64,000 nt of DNA. It comes from an uncultured candidate division Zixibacteria bacterium (GTDB lineage Bacteria; Zixibacteria; MSB-5A5; UBA10806). The notes under the pieces are model-generated. The model saw nothing but the letters and a program-made list of their open reading frames with translations, was not told where the DNA came from and ran no database searches. Of the stretch, positions 24,078 through 35,261 are shown in pieces. The position numbers and the translations under genes are program-made. The number at the start of each line of letters is the position of its first letter. Within the stretch, counting starts at the first letter, position 1. The DNA lies in contig CAWFQL010000018.1 in the NCBI GenBank assembly GCA_963817915.1, forward strand, positions 50,965 through 114,964. The letters are read 5' to 3'.

Positions 24078-24160
24078 ATTTTAGTCGCGAATCCTACTAG
24101 AATGATTTCTGACTTTAGAAAGCGTTTGACAACAATCCTGATGCAGTATATGAATCCAAT

Positions 24161-24589
24161 ATGCAGGAAATCGATGTAAATCAAACGGTGCTGATAATTG
24201 TCGGGCTTGATATAAAGCCGGAAGAAGTTGACCGCCCAATTGCCTACAGGCTCAAATCAGCCATTGAAGCATCCCCGCGATTCGGCAATCATCCTTTCAG
24301 AAAATGCCTCGTATTGTCTGATGCTCTTTACAAACACGACAAAATAATTCAAATCTGTCCCACAATCGCGATTGGCGGGCCAGCAGTTAATTCCGTAGTG
24401 GCCGATTTTGTCGAAAGGCTTCCTGTCTATTTATCAAAGGATAATACTTACTTCATTCAGCTCGAAAAGAATTTTGCCGGCTCAAAAATTGCGATATGGG
24501 GCATGGATCGGAATTCCACCAATGAGGCCGTGGATATGTTTATTGCCAATGGCATCATGGATGATTTTTTGGGTACAATCTGGAAATAG
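24161..24589 (+). CDS. Hypothetical protein
   Basis: Globular 142-aa ORF (TIAIGGPAVN motif) with upstream TTGACA. Confidence 0.7.
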   Translation: MQEIDVNQTVLIIVGLDIKPEEVDRPIAYRLKSAIEASPRFGNHPFRKCLVLSDALYKHDKIIQICPTIAIGGPAVNSVVADFVERLPVYLSKDNTYFIQLEKNFAGSKIAIWGMDRNSTNEAVDMFIANGIMDDFLGTIWK

Positions 24590-24619
24590 CAGTTCTCTCG
24601 ATATATAAAAAAATAACAA

Positions 24620-27254
24620 TCACCAATCATAACCTGCTTGCAGATAAAAAGCGTCGATTCCGTCACTTGATCTGCCATACATGGTCTCAATTGGGCCTAA
24701 TGGTGTTCTTAGGCTGATTCCTACTCCAACGCCTTGCTTCAAATCCTTGAGACGAATACTTCCTAATTTATTCCAGACATTGCCGGATACGAGTCTTCCC
24801 TGTATATACAAGTCCTTGATAATTTCATATCGCAAATTAATATCAGCCATAAATAATTTGTCCCCCAATAATTCGTCTTCATACCGGCCAGGGAAGCTAT
24901 GAATCCCGCCAAATGAAAATTCGTCAAAATATGGCATAAAATCGCTCGATACGCCAATCGCAAAACCGGGCCTGAAATTCAATCCCGGCAATAGATTGTA
25001 ATATGATTCAATCGACGTATAAAATCTCGTATAACCGGATTTTTCATCCTTGACATTACCCGCGAATTCGAGATTTAGATAATGATATTTGCCGACTTCA
25101 GGGAAATCGCGTTGATTCCTCGTATCGACAATGGACCGAAATCCGATACTAAGCTTTTCGAATTTTTGCCTCTCAAGTTTCATGGGCTCATTCCAGCTAT
25201 AATGATATAAGCTTCCAAAGATTGATATTATTCCGAGCTTCGCGATCTGTCGGCCCAATGATAATTCTCCGCCATATGAAAATTGCCTGAAATATCCCTT
25301 GTATTCATGATCGACATAATAATTCCGCTTGAATTCATTGTAGTTGGTGGTGAGAAGATAGCTGAAAAGAGTCTTGAAAATTCTGTCGGATTGAAAATTC
25401 AATGCCACCGCCCGTTTCTTTTCGCCCGCGGTTGTGGAAATATAAAACTGCTGACCGGCGCCGAAAATATTGTCCTCGACCAAATCTATAAACGCTTTAG
25501 ATCCATACTCTAAATTAAAACTTCCGCCTGCTCGAATAAATGTGTACGGCTTTTCGGTTACTTTGACCACCAATGATATTCCAGACGAATCCGGGACAGC
25601 CAGAAGTTTGGCCGATTCGAATAAATCGGTACTGAATATATCCTCTATCGCTTTCTCTCCAAGTCTTTGTTTGAATACGTCGCCTTTTCTAAAGGGCAAA
25701 TGTCGGGTAATAGCCCAGTTTTTTGTCCTCTTATTGCCTTCAACTATGACCTTGTTTAAATGTCCCTCATCGATACTGATATTAATATAACATTCTGTCG
25801 TATCGAATTGGCAGTTTACCCTGGCAAGACTATATCCTGAATCGATATAATGCTTTTCAATCCTCCGGCAATCACTGGCCGCGGTAACGCTATTATATAC
25901 CATCCCGGGACGGCCGTTCAATATCTCTATCAAGCTGCTATCTGCAAATAATGTATTTCCCTTAAATGTAATTTCTCTTATTCTCGGATTATCGATGAGC
26001 TTATAATCAATAAAATATCCGTCGCCACCCCTTATCAATTCCGCCCAGGCGCTCGATAGATACCCTGAATTCATTGCCATATCCAAATTGGATTCATATC
26101 GTTGCCGCAGACATCTCCGAAGAGTCGGCGAAGGTTGATATAAAGAAAGTCCGCGGCATGTTCTTCAGTCCCTTAACATCCCGCCCTTTGATAATATATC
26201 CCGGAATTTCATTTGATGACTTGATATTTTCTTTTAGCAAATTCCTTATTTTCGGAATTGCCGCCTTGGCCGCTTCCTCGCCAGCCGCGATGACTGCCGC
26301 AATATTTGAAAAATCAGTGGAAATTCGTCCGTTAAGCTCCGGTTTTATTACCAAATCAGCATTTGCCAACGCCGCATGCTTCTTATCCATCGACATTATA
26401 GTCGTTGTCTGATCGGCGATATCTATAACATCTGTCATTTTGGAGACTGGGAGGAGATTCGATGACACATCAACTACCACAACCGGATAACCTATTCTCT
26501 CTCTTACCAAGTCAACCGGTATCGGATCTACCAGGCCGCCATCAACCAGCAAACGACCGCCGATTTCTACAGGAGTCAATGCCACCGGCACCGAGACAGT
26601 AGCTCTCAACGCCTCGCTGAGATTGCCCGATGAAAGTACCACTTTCTCGCCGCTGGTCAGATCGGTACAAACCGTCCTGAATGGCGGATCGAGATAATCA
26701 AAGCTAAAGCTCGACCTAATTCCGCCTCGCGATGTTAGCCTCTCAAGAAAAATACTCAGGTTCTGAGCCGACGTGATCGCCATCGGAAGCACGGGCTTCC
26801 AGCCGTCGAAACGAACCTTGAGGAAGCTTTTCTCGGATTGTCCTTTTTGCGTAATCAATAATGTACTTCTCTGAGGGCTCGGCGAAAAAAGCTCATGCCA
26901 ATCTACGGTCAATGCGATTTGCTCGATCTCCTCTGGTGAATAGCCGCACGAGTACAAACCCCCGATTATTCCACCCATCGAGACACCGGCAATAAAATCA
27001 ATATTGATATTTTCTCTTTCAAGTATCTTGAGTACTCCAATCAAGGCCAAACCCCTTGAGCCGCCTCCCGAGAATGCCAATCCAATACCGCGTCCGAAAT
27101 TCGCCTCGTCCCTTATCATCAGATCAGATTCCATTGGACTCCGCTTCGATCTTATCGTAATTTTTGCGGGAGAAGCGTTTTGGGCAATAGATAAAGATTG
27201 CGCAAAAAACATGAAAACAAACCAAAACATTAGACACAACCGATTTTTCAACAT
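24620..27254 (-). CDS. Patatin phospholipase-POTRA-BamA/Omp85 barrel fusion (PlpD/type Vd-like); +1 frameshift near 26097
   Basis: SGGGSRG, GVSMG and DGG patatin motifs; POTRA (ITFKGN, VIVEGNKRT); barrel ending in QAGYDW; acg ata t gaa tcc junction restores one frame. Confidence 0.85.
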
Positions 27255-27293
27255 GGCGTAATTTTACGATTCAATTCTCCCCAAAGCAAGAAT

Positions 27294-28043
27294 ATGAATG
27301 AAAATCTCCTAAAAAAACTGACTTCGCTCGCATTCCCGAAATATCGCCAAAAATATGGCTGCTTTATCGCCGAGGGCCCCCATGTGGTCCAGGAATTTCT
27401 GGCTTTCCAATGGCCAATTGAATTGCTCGCGGCAACCAAAGACGCCATTGATGATCTCCAGATCAAAATCCCCGCTCAGATTCCTCTTGAAATAGTCACG
27501 AAAAAAATATTCACCAAAATTTCGGATACCCAATCGCCACAGGGTATTTTGGCAATGATAAAGATGCCGGAGAATAATATTGATAAGGTTTTGACATTTG
27601 ATAGAATCATTATAGCCGACGGTGTCTCCGATCCCGGCAACATGGGTACGATTATCAGGACAGCGGCGGCCTTTGGTTTTAAAGGCTTAATCACCACTCC
27701 CGGCTCGGCTGATGTATATAATCCCAAAGTGGTGAGGGCTTCGCAGGGTCTGATGGCCCAGATATCCACAATCTCACACTTGGATCATGCAAGCATTATT
27801 GCTCGGCTGAAGTATTCTCATCAGATTTATGCCCTTTCCCTTAACTGCAAAAATGACCTTGATTCCGTTAAAATTACCGAAAAATTGGCGCTCACTATAG
27901 GTGCAGAAATTAAGGGAGTGAGCAAAGAATTTATTGACGCCGCAAATTACCTGGTCAGAATCCCGATGACTAAAAGCACCGAATCCCTCAACGCCGCTAT
28001 GGCAGCAGGAATCGCCATGTACAGATTTAGTCGAATTAGATAG
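27294..28043 (+). CDS. TrmH/SpoU family RNA 2'-O-methyltransferase
   Basis: DPGNMGTIIRTA, IGAEIKG, IPM...ESLNAAMA SPOUT motifs. Confidence 0.92.
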   Translation: MNENLLKKLTSLAFPKYRQKYGCFIAEGPHVVQEFLAFQWPIELLAATKDAIDDLQIKIPAQIPLEIVTKKIFTKISDTQSPQGILAMIKMPENNIDKVLTFDRIIIADGVSDPGNMGTIIRTAAAFGFKGLITTPGSADVYNPKVVRASQGLMAQISTISHLDHASIIARLKYSHQIYALSLNCKNDLDSVKITEKLALTIGAEIKGVSKEFIDAANYLVRIPMTKSTESLNAAMAAGIAMYRFSRIR

Positions 28044-28202
28044 ATATTTTTTAGGCTTTAATAGACAGCCCGGTCGATATCAATTTCATAATAATATAAC
28101 AACGGGAAACCACTTCTATTCCTATCGTGTTTAATTAACTCACGGGGATATCATTCGATCCCTTGAGTCGATTTTTTCAAACATGATAAATTACCAGGAG
28201 GC

Positions 28203-29318
28203 ATGATGAAGCTAACGCGATTGATGCTGTCAGCGGTTATGGTCGCAGTATTCCCGATAATCGCATTGTCGTCCGTTCATAATGTTTCAATTCAAGGATT
28301 CGATTTTATTCCCGTCGGAATAGTTATCAACCAGGGCGATTCGGTTAGATGGACTAATAACGACGCATTTTTGCATACTTCCACCAATGATCAGGGAGTA
28401 TGGAATTCCGGGGATCTGGCCACCGGCCAATCATTTTTATGGGCATTCGATTCAATCGGTGTATTTGCCTATCATTGCATTCATCATCCCACAATGAAGG
28501 ACACAATAAGCGTAATCCCGGCCAACGGCTTTGATACGCAAGTTAATATTCACGATAATTTTTATGATCCTGCCGTAATACAAATCAATATCGGACAGTC
28601 TGTTCGATGGGTAAACATGGGGATTCGAAGCCATACCGCGACATCAAATACCGGTGTCTGGAACTCGGATACGCTCGCGCACGGAGAATTTTATGTATTC
28701 ACCTTCGCGAATGAGGGAGTATTCCATTATCACTGCCTTGTTCACGGTCTTCTCATGGCGGGTACCATAATTGTCGGCAAGCCCGATTCGGTCCAATTTG
28801 ATATTAGAACTGTCGATTTTTCATTTACTCCTGCTGATTCTACCATCAGAATGGGCCAGAATGTGCGCTGGATCAATTTTGGTACCATGCCTCACACATC
28901 AACTGAAATTAACGCCCATCTATGGGATTCGGGTACTCTAAATCCCGGCGATGTTTTTACGCTCCATGCCGATACTGCAGGGGATTTTCATTACATTTGC
29001 ACCTTCCATCCCGGATTGATGACCGGGACACTTCATGTTTTGGACACGACGACAACCGGCGGATGCCATTACGTGATTGGAGATGCTAACGGCAGCGGCA
29101 GCGCCAACGGGCTCGATGTGACTTACATGGTAAATTATTTCAAGGGCGGCGCCGCGCCTCCCTTAACTTGCGATTGCCCCAACCATGGCATCATATATGC
29201 GGGAGCGGATGCCAATGGAAGCTGTACTGTAAATGGGCTTGATGTCACCTATATGGTCAATTTCTATCGGGGTGGAGCGCCATTGCAATACTGCGTAGAT
29301 TGCCCTCCCGCGCCTTGA
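28203..29318 (+). CDS. Secreted protein with three tandem plastocyanin/amicyanin-like cupredoxin domains and a dockerin-like C-terminus
   Basis: Three H(TST/TAT)...CxxH..M sets: YHCIHHPTM, YHCLVHGLLM, YICTFHPGLM; paired DANG..NGLDVTY repeats. Confidence 0.88.
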   Translation: MMKLTRLMLSAVMVAVFPIIALSSVHNVSIQGFDFIPVGIVINQGDSVRWTNNDAFLHTSTNDQGVWNSGDLATGQSFLWAFDSIGVFAYHCIHHPTMKDTISVIPANGFDTQVNIHDNFYDPAVIQINIGQSVRWVNMGIRSHTATSNTGVWNSDTLAHGEFYVFTFANEGVFHYHCLVHGLLMAGTIIVGKPDSVQFDIRTVDFSFTPADSTIRMGQNVRWINFGTMPHTSTEINAHLWDSGTLNPGDVFTLHADTAGDFHYICTFHPGLMTGTLHVLDTTTTGGCHYVIGDANGSGSANGLDVTYMVNYFKGGAAPPLTCDCPNHGIIYAGADANGSCTVNGLDVTYMVNFYRGGAPLQYCVDCPPAP

Positions 29319-29459
29319 AATTTGACTCGGTTAGTAGTTTTAGAATAAAATATTTACGCCCCTTGCCGATTGCGTCTCAAGATGCTTGAGAGTATATTAT
29401 TGCCTATGTTATTTTCGATTAAATTTGATTCCAGCGATATTGAAAACAAGGAGCGATAA

Positions 29460-30653
29460 ATGATACCATTTGATTTCCATTTGCCCACAAAAATATATTT
29501 CGGGCCCGGTAAGTTCAATCTAATCGGAAAATTCCTCAAGCCGGTCGGCAAAAAAGCGTTGATTGTCACAGGTAAGTCGTCGATGCGCAAAATGGGTGTG
29601 CTCGATAAGGCAGTTGAGCTCTTAAAAAAAGCAGGCATCGATTCGATCGTATTTGAAGGTATAGAACCCAACCCTCATCATTCCACTTGCGATAATGCCG
29701 CCGCGATAGCCAGGGATGCTAATTGCGATTTTATACTCGGCCTGGGCGGTGGATCATCAATGGATGCCGCCAAGGCGATCGCCATTTCGGCCAAGTCAGG
29801 CCACTCGGTCTGGGATTATGTCTATGCTGGACCCGATAAAGTATATCGCCGTATTACCGAAGCTCTGCCAATTGTCTGCATTCCAACAGTTGCGGCCACG
29901 GGGAGCGAAGCTGATTCCGGTGGTGTCATCACAAATTGGGAGACTCATGAAAAATCCGGTATTTGGGGCGCGGCGCTGTTTCCTACCGTCTCAATCGTCG
30001 ATCCTGAGTTAACAATCTCCTGCCCAAAAGAATATACGATTGACGGCGGTGTCGATATCATTTCTCATGTCATCGAAAGCTATTTCACCGGCACATCGGA
30101 ATCGTATCTACAGGATCGATTTTCGGAATCAATTATTATGACCGTGATGAAATATCTGCCGCGTGCCATGCGCGATGGCGCTGATATCGAGGCTCGGACC
30201 CATTTGTCTTGGTGTTCCACTCTCGCGCTTTCGGGGCTGATAAATTCCGGCCGCGGAGGCTCGTTCCCATTGCATGTATTAGAGCATGCTGTCAGCGGCC
30301 ATTACGATATCAGCCACGGCAAAGGATTAGCCCTGCTGCTGCCGGCGCTTATGGATTTCACTCGTCCCGCAAGGCCTGAAAAATATATCGAAATGGGAGA
30401 GAATATCTTCAAAATGCGTTTCGATGGCGACGATATCAACCACGCCTCACAAATAAGTATCGATGCCATGAAAGGCTGGCTGGCCTCTATAGGCAGGCTT
30501 CAGACATTCGGCGACCTTGGTATTGACGATTCAAAATTCGAGGCTATGGCCGATGATGCCGTTCGCCTCTATATGAAAGACGACGGCTATCTTGCCAACC
30601 CCAAACGGATCGACCGCGCCGCTGTTATCGAAATCTATCGCATGACTTTATAG
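29460..30653 (+). CDS. Iron-containing alcohol dehydrogenase (butanol dehydrogenase-like)
   Basis: GGGSSMDAAK, PTVAATGSE, D...H.IE, HVLEH, HGKGLA. Confidence 0.92.
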   Translation: MIPFDFHLPTKIYFGPGKFNLIGKFLKPVGKKALIVTGKSSMRKMGVLDKAVELLKKAGIDSIVFEGIEPNPHHSTCDNAAAIARDANCDFILGLGGGSSMDAAKAIAISAKSGHSVWDYVYAGPDKVYRRITEALPIVCIPTVAATGSEADSGGVITNWETHEKSGIWGAALFPTVSIVDPELTISCPKEYTIDGGVDIISHVIESYFTGTSESYLQDRFSESIIMTVMKYLPRAMRDGADIEARTHLSWCSTLALSGLINSGRGGSFPLHVLEHAVSGHYDISHGKGLALLLPALMDFTRPARPEKYIEMGENIFKMRFDGDDINHASQISIDAMKGWLASIGRLQTFGDLGIDDSKFEAMADDAVRLYMKDDGYLANPKRIDRAAVIEIYRMTL

Positions 30654-30729
30654 ATCGGTCGGAAGTACTCAACGAAACTACGCCTTCAACAGTTCACTTG
30701 ATGATTTATTATACATCAGGGAAATTACT

Positions 30730-30753
30730 GTAGGGGTTCAAAATTTTGAACCC
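30730..30753 (+). repeat. GTAG REP-like palindrome
   Basis: GTAGGGGTTCAAAATTTTGAACCC, identical over 24 nt to the copy at 13256. Confidence 0.7.
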
Positions 30754-30783
30754 ATCCTCGCTCGACTCGACGGGAAAACAGGC

Positions 30784-30817
30784 AAAAAGAAGAGCCCGCC
30801 GATACTCAGGCGGGCTC
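30784..30817 (-). terminator. Intrinsic terminator (bcp side)
   Basis: gagcccgcc-gatactca-ggcgggctc with an A-tract on the left. Confidence 0.7.
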
Positions 30818-30854
30818 AAAGCCGGGACGTAAAATATTAGTCACGCAACAGATG

Positions 30855-31313
30855 TCATCCCGACAGTTTTTCCAACACTTCCTCAGCATGATTTTCAGGC
30901 TTAACAGTGTCGAAAACATATTTGATATTGCCATCTTTATCGATTAAAAATGTCTTTCGAATTGTGCCCATATATTTTTTGCCATACATATTTTTTTCGC
31001 CCCAGACTCCATATTGCTCGACCACCTTTTTCTCGGTATCCGAAAGCAATGTGAATGGCAATTTGTATTTCTCGCGAAATTTGACATGTGATTTTGGATC
31101 ATCGGTTGATACGCCCAAAACCTCAATCCCTGATTTTCTATAGTCCGCGAATTCATCTCGAAACGAGCAGGCTTCCTTCGTACAGCCTGGCGTATCATCC
31201 TTGGGATAGAAATATAGCACTACCGGCTTCCCTTTATATTCGGATAATCTATGTACCTTGCCGTCTTGATCAGGCAATGAAAAATCCGGCGCTTTTTTCC
31301 CTATTTCAATCAT
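30855..31313 (-). CDS. bcp: Thioredoxin-dependent peroxiredoxin Bcp/PrxQ
   Basis: YFYPKDDTPGCTKEAC signature. Confidence 0.95.
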   Translation of the reverse strand: MIEIGKKAPDFSLPDQDGKVHRLSEYKGKPVVLYFYPKDDTPGCTKEACSFRDEFADYRKSGIEVLGVSTDDPKSHVKFREKYKLPFTLLSDTEKKVVEQYGVWGEKNMYGKKYMGTIRKTFLIDKDGNIKYVFDTVKPENHAEEVLEKLSG

Positions 31314-31389
31314 ATTATTCCTCCAGTAAATCCATCATTTCTCAAAGCCTTAAACACCTTCGCTGGGAATTAAGTTTCTAATATTGATT

Positions 31390-32283
31390 TTATTTGAGAT
31401 AATTCGATAATGTTTTCTTGAATCCGGCAGGCTCGGTTGCAAATGACCTCAAAAATGAATCTATGCCTGTATAATTTTCGTTAAGCAGCATGGTTATCTG
31501 GTCATTGGTAATTGGAAACTGCCTTATCCCGCCGAATATGCTGGCCGCGATCCTCATGGCAAACACAGGAACGTGGATTTTGCGAACTCTTCGTTTTCCC
31601 AACACCTCGCCGATTGTGTCAAGCATCTGATCAAATGAAAATATTTCCGGGCCGCCAACTTCAATTGTTTTGCCCTTCATGCTTTGATTGGATAAGGCCA
31701 GGGAAAATGCTTTGCAGACATCTCCGATAAATATCGGCTGAACTCGATACTTTCCATCGCCAATCACGGGAACTACGGGAAGATTCTTTACCATTGAGGC
31801 GAACATGTTTATCGAAAGATCTTTTTCACCGAAAATCATCGATGGCCTGAAGATTGTCCAATCTAGCTCAGATTCCCTCAAATCCTCTTCGGCTAGATAT
31901 TTGGTTTTCAAATAGCCTGTATTGGCATTCTGAACAACACCAAGCGCCGACATCTGCAGAAAACGCTTTATATTATTCCTCGCGGCAAAATCGATTAGAT
32001 TGTGGGTTACATCACAATGGGCCTTTTTAAATGTAATCCCGCTCAATGGAAACTCTCTGATTATCCCGACCAAATTAATAATCGCATCTGCCTCGACCCA
32101 ACAATTGGCAATGGGCATCGAGGGGTCGATATTTATTGTTTTGATATTATCTCGGTTATTCCCAATGCTTTTCGAGCCCGGCCTGACCATCAGGATAACT
32201 TCATAGCCATTCCCCGTCAAATCCTTGACCAGTTCCGATCCTACAAATCCGGTACCACCGGCGATTATTATTCTCATCAGCAA
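31390..32283 (-). CDS. NAD(P)-binding epimerase/dehydratase, NDUFA9-like atypical SDR
   Basis: GGTGFVG, INLVGII, MSALG, Y..TK, FRPS.IFG, QPIFIGDV. Confidence 0.88.
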   Translation of the reverse strand: MLMRIIIAGGTGFVGSELVKDLTGNGYEVILMVRPGSKSIGNNRDNIKTINIDPSMPIANCWVEADAIINLVGIIREFPLSGITFKKAHCDVTHNLIDFAARNNIKRFLQMSALGVVQNANTGYLKTKYLAEEDLRESELDWTIFRPSMIFGEKDLSINMFASMVKNLPVVPVIGDGKYRVQPIFIGDVCKAFSLALSNQSMKGKTIEVGGPEIFSFDQMLDTIGEVLGKRRVRKIHVPVFAMRIAASIFGGIRQFPITNDQITMLLNENYTGIDSFLRSFATEPAGFKKTLSNYLK

Positions 32284-32382
32284 CTTTCCTCTCCTGTCGA
32301 TAATATATTATGTTGACAATGATTGTTGAAACTGAATAAATAAGATACGGGTTAATATTTTGGCTTTATGAGGCAATATTAG

Positions 32383-33393
32383 ATGAAAACAAAAGTGACA
32401 TTGATACCCGGCGATGGTATCGGGCCGGAAATCACCGATGCGGCAGTCAAAATAATCGAGGCCGCCGGTGCGGAAATCGAATGGGAAGTCGTGCCTGCTG
32501 GCATTAATGCCATGAGCGATTATGGTGTTCCTGTCCCGGATGAATTGCTGAATTCAATTCGCAAAAATAAGGTAGGATTCAAAGGTCCCATCACGACCAT
32601 GATAGGGAAGGGATTTTCATCCGCCAATGTCACCCTGCGAAAAGAACTTGAGCTCTACGCTAATCTGAGACCCGTAAAGTCATTGAAGGGCGTTAAAACT
32701 CATTTTGATAATATCGATTTGATAATTGTCCGCGAAAATACCGAGGACCTATACTCCGGCATAGAACATCTTATCGCGCCGGGCGTGACCGAATCAATCA
32801 AGGTAATTACCCATTTTGCGTCGACCAGGATAGCAAAATTCGCGTTCGAATATGCCCGGAAAAATGGCAAAAAGAAGATCGCCGCAGTGCATAAAGCCAA
32901 TATCATGAAATTGACAGACGGCATGTTTCTAACAGCGGCAAAAGAGGTTGCTAAGGAATATCCTGAAATAGAATATCGCGAAATAATAGTTGATAATTGC
33001 TGCATGCAGCTGGTGATGAATCCCTGGCAATTTGAAATTCTGGTTTTGACAAATTTATATGGTGATATTGTTTCGGATCTATGCGCCGGATTGGTAGGTG
33101 GGCTTGGTGTAGTCCCCGGAGCCAATATCGGAGAAGACTGTGCGGTTTTCGAAGCTGTTCATGGTTCCGCGCCGGACATAGCGGGTAAAAATATCGCCAA
33201 CCCGACTGCTATAATAACTTCGGGCATCATGATGATGCGTCATCTGGGATTAATAGACATTGCAAATAAAATAGAAACGGCGCTTTTCAGCGTTTTGGGC
33301 GAAGGCAAGATCAGAACCCGCGATCTTGGCGGAAATTCATCTACAACCGAATTTGCCGACGCTATTATTAAATCTATGGCGCGGCAGTCTTAG
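32383..33393 (+). CDS. NAD-dependent isocitrate dehydrogenase / isopropylmalate dehydrogenase family enzyme
   Basis: PGDGIGPEI, RENTEDLY, HKANIMK, NLYGDIVSD, FEAVHGSAPDIAG. Confidence 0.9.
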   Translation: MKTKVTLIPGDGIGPEITDAAVKIIEAAGAEIEWEVVPAGINAMSDYGVPVPDELLNSIRKNKVGFKGPITTMIGKGFSSANVTLRKELELYANLRPVKSLKGVKTHFDNIDLIIVRENTEDLYSGIEHLIAPGVTESIKVITHFASTRIAKFAFEYARKNGKKKIAAVHKANIMKLTDGMFLTAAKEVAKEYPEIEYREIIVDNCCMQLVMNPWQFEILVLTNLYGDIVSDLCAGLVGGLGVVPGANIGEDCAVFEAVHGSAPDIAGKNIANPTAIITSGIMMMRHLGLIDIANKIETALFSVLGEGKIRTRDLGGNSSTTEFADAIIKSMARQS

Positions 33394-35009
33394 GGCTTGG
33401 CATGCTGTCGAGCAATGGAGAATTAAATCCCTTTCTCACCCATAAATCCCCGACATTGGGGATAACCCTGTAATTAAATTCCTGCGATATCCGTTTATAT
33501 ATATCAGAATTTTTATATCTGGCATTTCTTCTTTGAGGATATTCGAATGCGAAAATGCCGGGCCGGATTTCGCATGTAATGGAATCCTTGCTGGTTGAAA
33601 TCAGAAGTATATCAGGTTCTTTATCGAGCACATATTGCATATCGGCTCGTTCATGTCCTGCCATTCCCGCGAGCCGGACTCCATCCTTAGCTATGTGTCT
33701 GTCCGTAATCCCGCACATATCGATTATATAGGCATCGGAATAATACCCAACTGCGCCAATCGCGAAAGAAGCAACCTTGAGGTCGGGATGATCATCCTTT
33801 ATGGTTTTTAGAAATTTACCCATCTTTGCCCAACGGGTATCTTCAGAGCCTTTGAATTCAAATAGATCAGAAGCCGGCAACATCTTGAAAAGAAAATTAT
33901 TTTCAATGGCGCTGAATATCATCAAGGTAATAACTATAGCCGATGCGAGTCTTTTGAATTTCAGCATTGTCAGAATGGTCAGTATCCCGATAGATTCCGC
34001 GATCATGATAAGCGGCACAATCGGCACCATGAATCTCGAATACGGCATCCAATCACCTGACGCGTATATCTCGAATAGGATATATAAACCGATTATCAAT
34101 GATAACGCCCGCGCCGATCTATTCTTAAAATAATAAAATGCGAAAAAGATTGCCGGCGCGTAATAGAATAGGCCGCCGTTAAATGATATGAATTTAATTA
34201 GATGATAAATACCCCTTGTGATATGCCAAAAAAGATCAAAATCGGGCCGCTTGGCGTAATAAGTATTGGATAGCCATTCCCCGTAATATGAAAAACGCCA
34301 GAGCTCATGTCCTCCTACAATAACAACCACAGGTATTATAAACGTGAGCAAATTCTTTAAATGTGCTTTGAAATCAGATCTGATTCCCTCTATCAATTCA
34401 TTGATGACAATTGCCACAGCAAACAGATATCCCGGCAGGGTGAATCAACGGTAGAAGACCGGCAATAATGCCAGCCCCGATCATGTTTTTATCCTGCTGA
34501 CGTTGATATAAATAGAATCCAAGTGTAAGCATGAAGAGATGCAATGCTGTTTCCATTCCCGAATGAAAATGAACTATAAAATCCATACGGAATGTCAAAA
34601 GCGCAATTGCTACCAGCGCTACCGAACCAACCTTTTGGGTAAAATTTCGGCTTATGAGAATCATTACAGGGATAGCAGCGAACGCGAAAATATAGCATAA
34701 TATGCGGCCAATCACCAAAATATCGAAACCCAGCTTCGCAAAGAGGCCGATAATCAATACCCATAGAAAATTGGAGTAGCCCTCTACGTATTCGCCCTGA
34801 TTGAAAACCAATCCGATGTTATTCGCGAAATTCTTCGAGAATCTGTATGAAATATACGAATCATCCCACGTGATATTTAAAATTATGGCCACAGAAGATA
34901 GAATGACATAGCTTATAAGCGCCGCAATGATGACTGTTTTAAGAGTCGCCTGGAATAAATTATTTGCATTATCCAAAATCTGGATATCTTTATTGTCATT
35001 CTTATTCAT
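33374..35009 (-). CDS. Polytopic membrane glycosyltransferase (GT-C, AftB-like); +1 frameshift near 34430
   Basis: WDDSYISYRF..N, GEYVEGYSNFLW, SGMETAL, NTYYAK, GDWMPYSRF, GAVGYYS; gccgggatat reads through with one G removed. Confidence 0.78.
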
Positions 35010-35261
35010 TTATTTCCTCGTCTTAAATTTCGATGTCATTAAGATTGATTAGCATTCCGTATCATTATTTGTTCCAGTCTTTCAAGGGCAGGAATATACT
35101 CATGTCACTACCGATTGTCAAGTCCGGCAAACACATAGCCCCCCTCAATAATCTCATCAAAGCATGCCATTTGACTTGCTTTAAAGAATATATTTTATTA
35201 ATTAACATGTCTGGTTTTGTAATGGTAAAGGTAAGCGGGACAGAATAAAAGAGGTTTTTTT

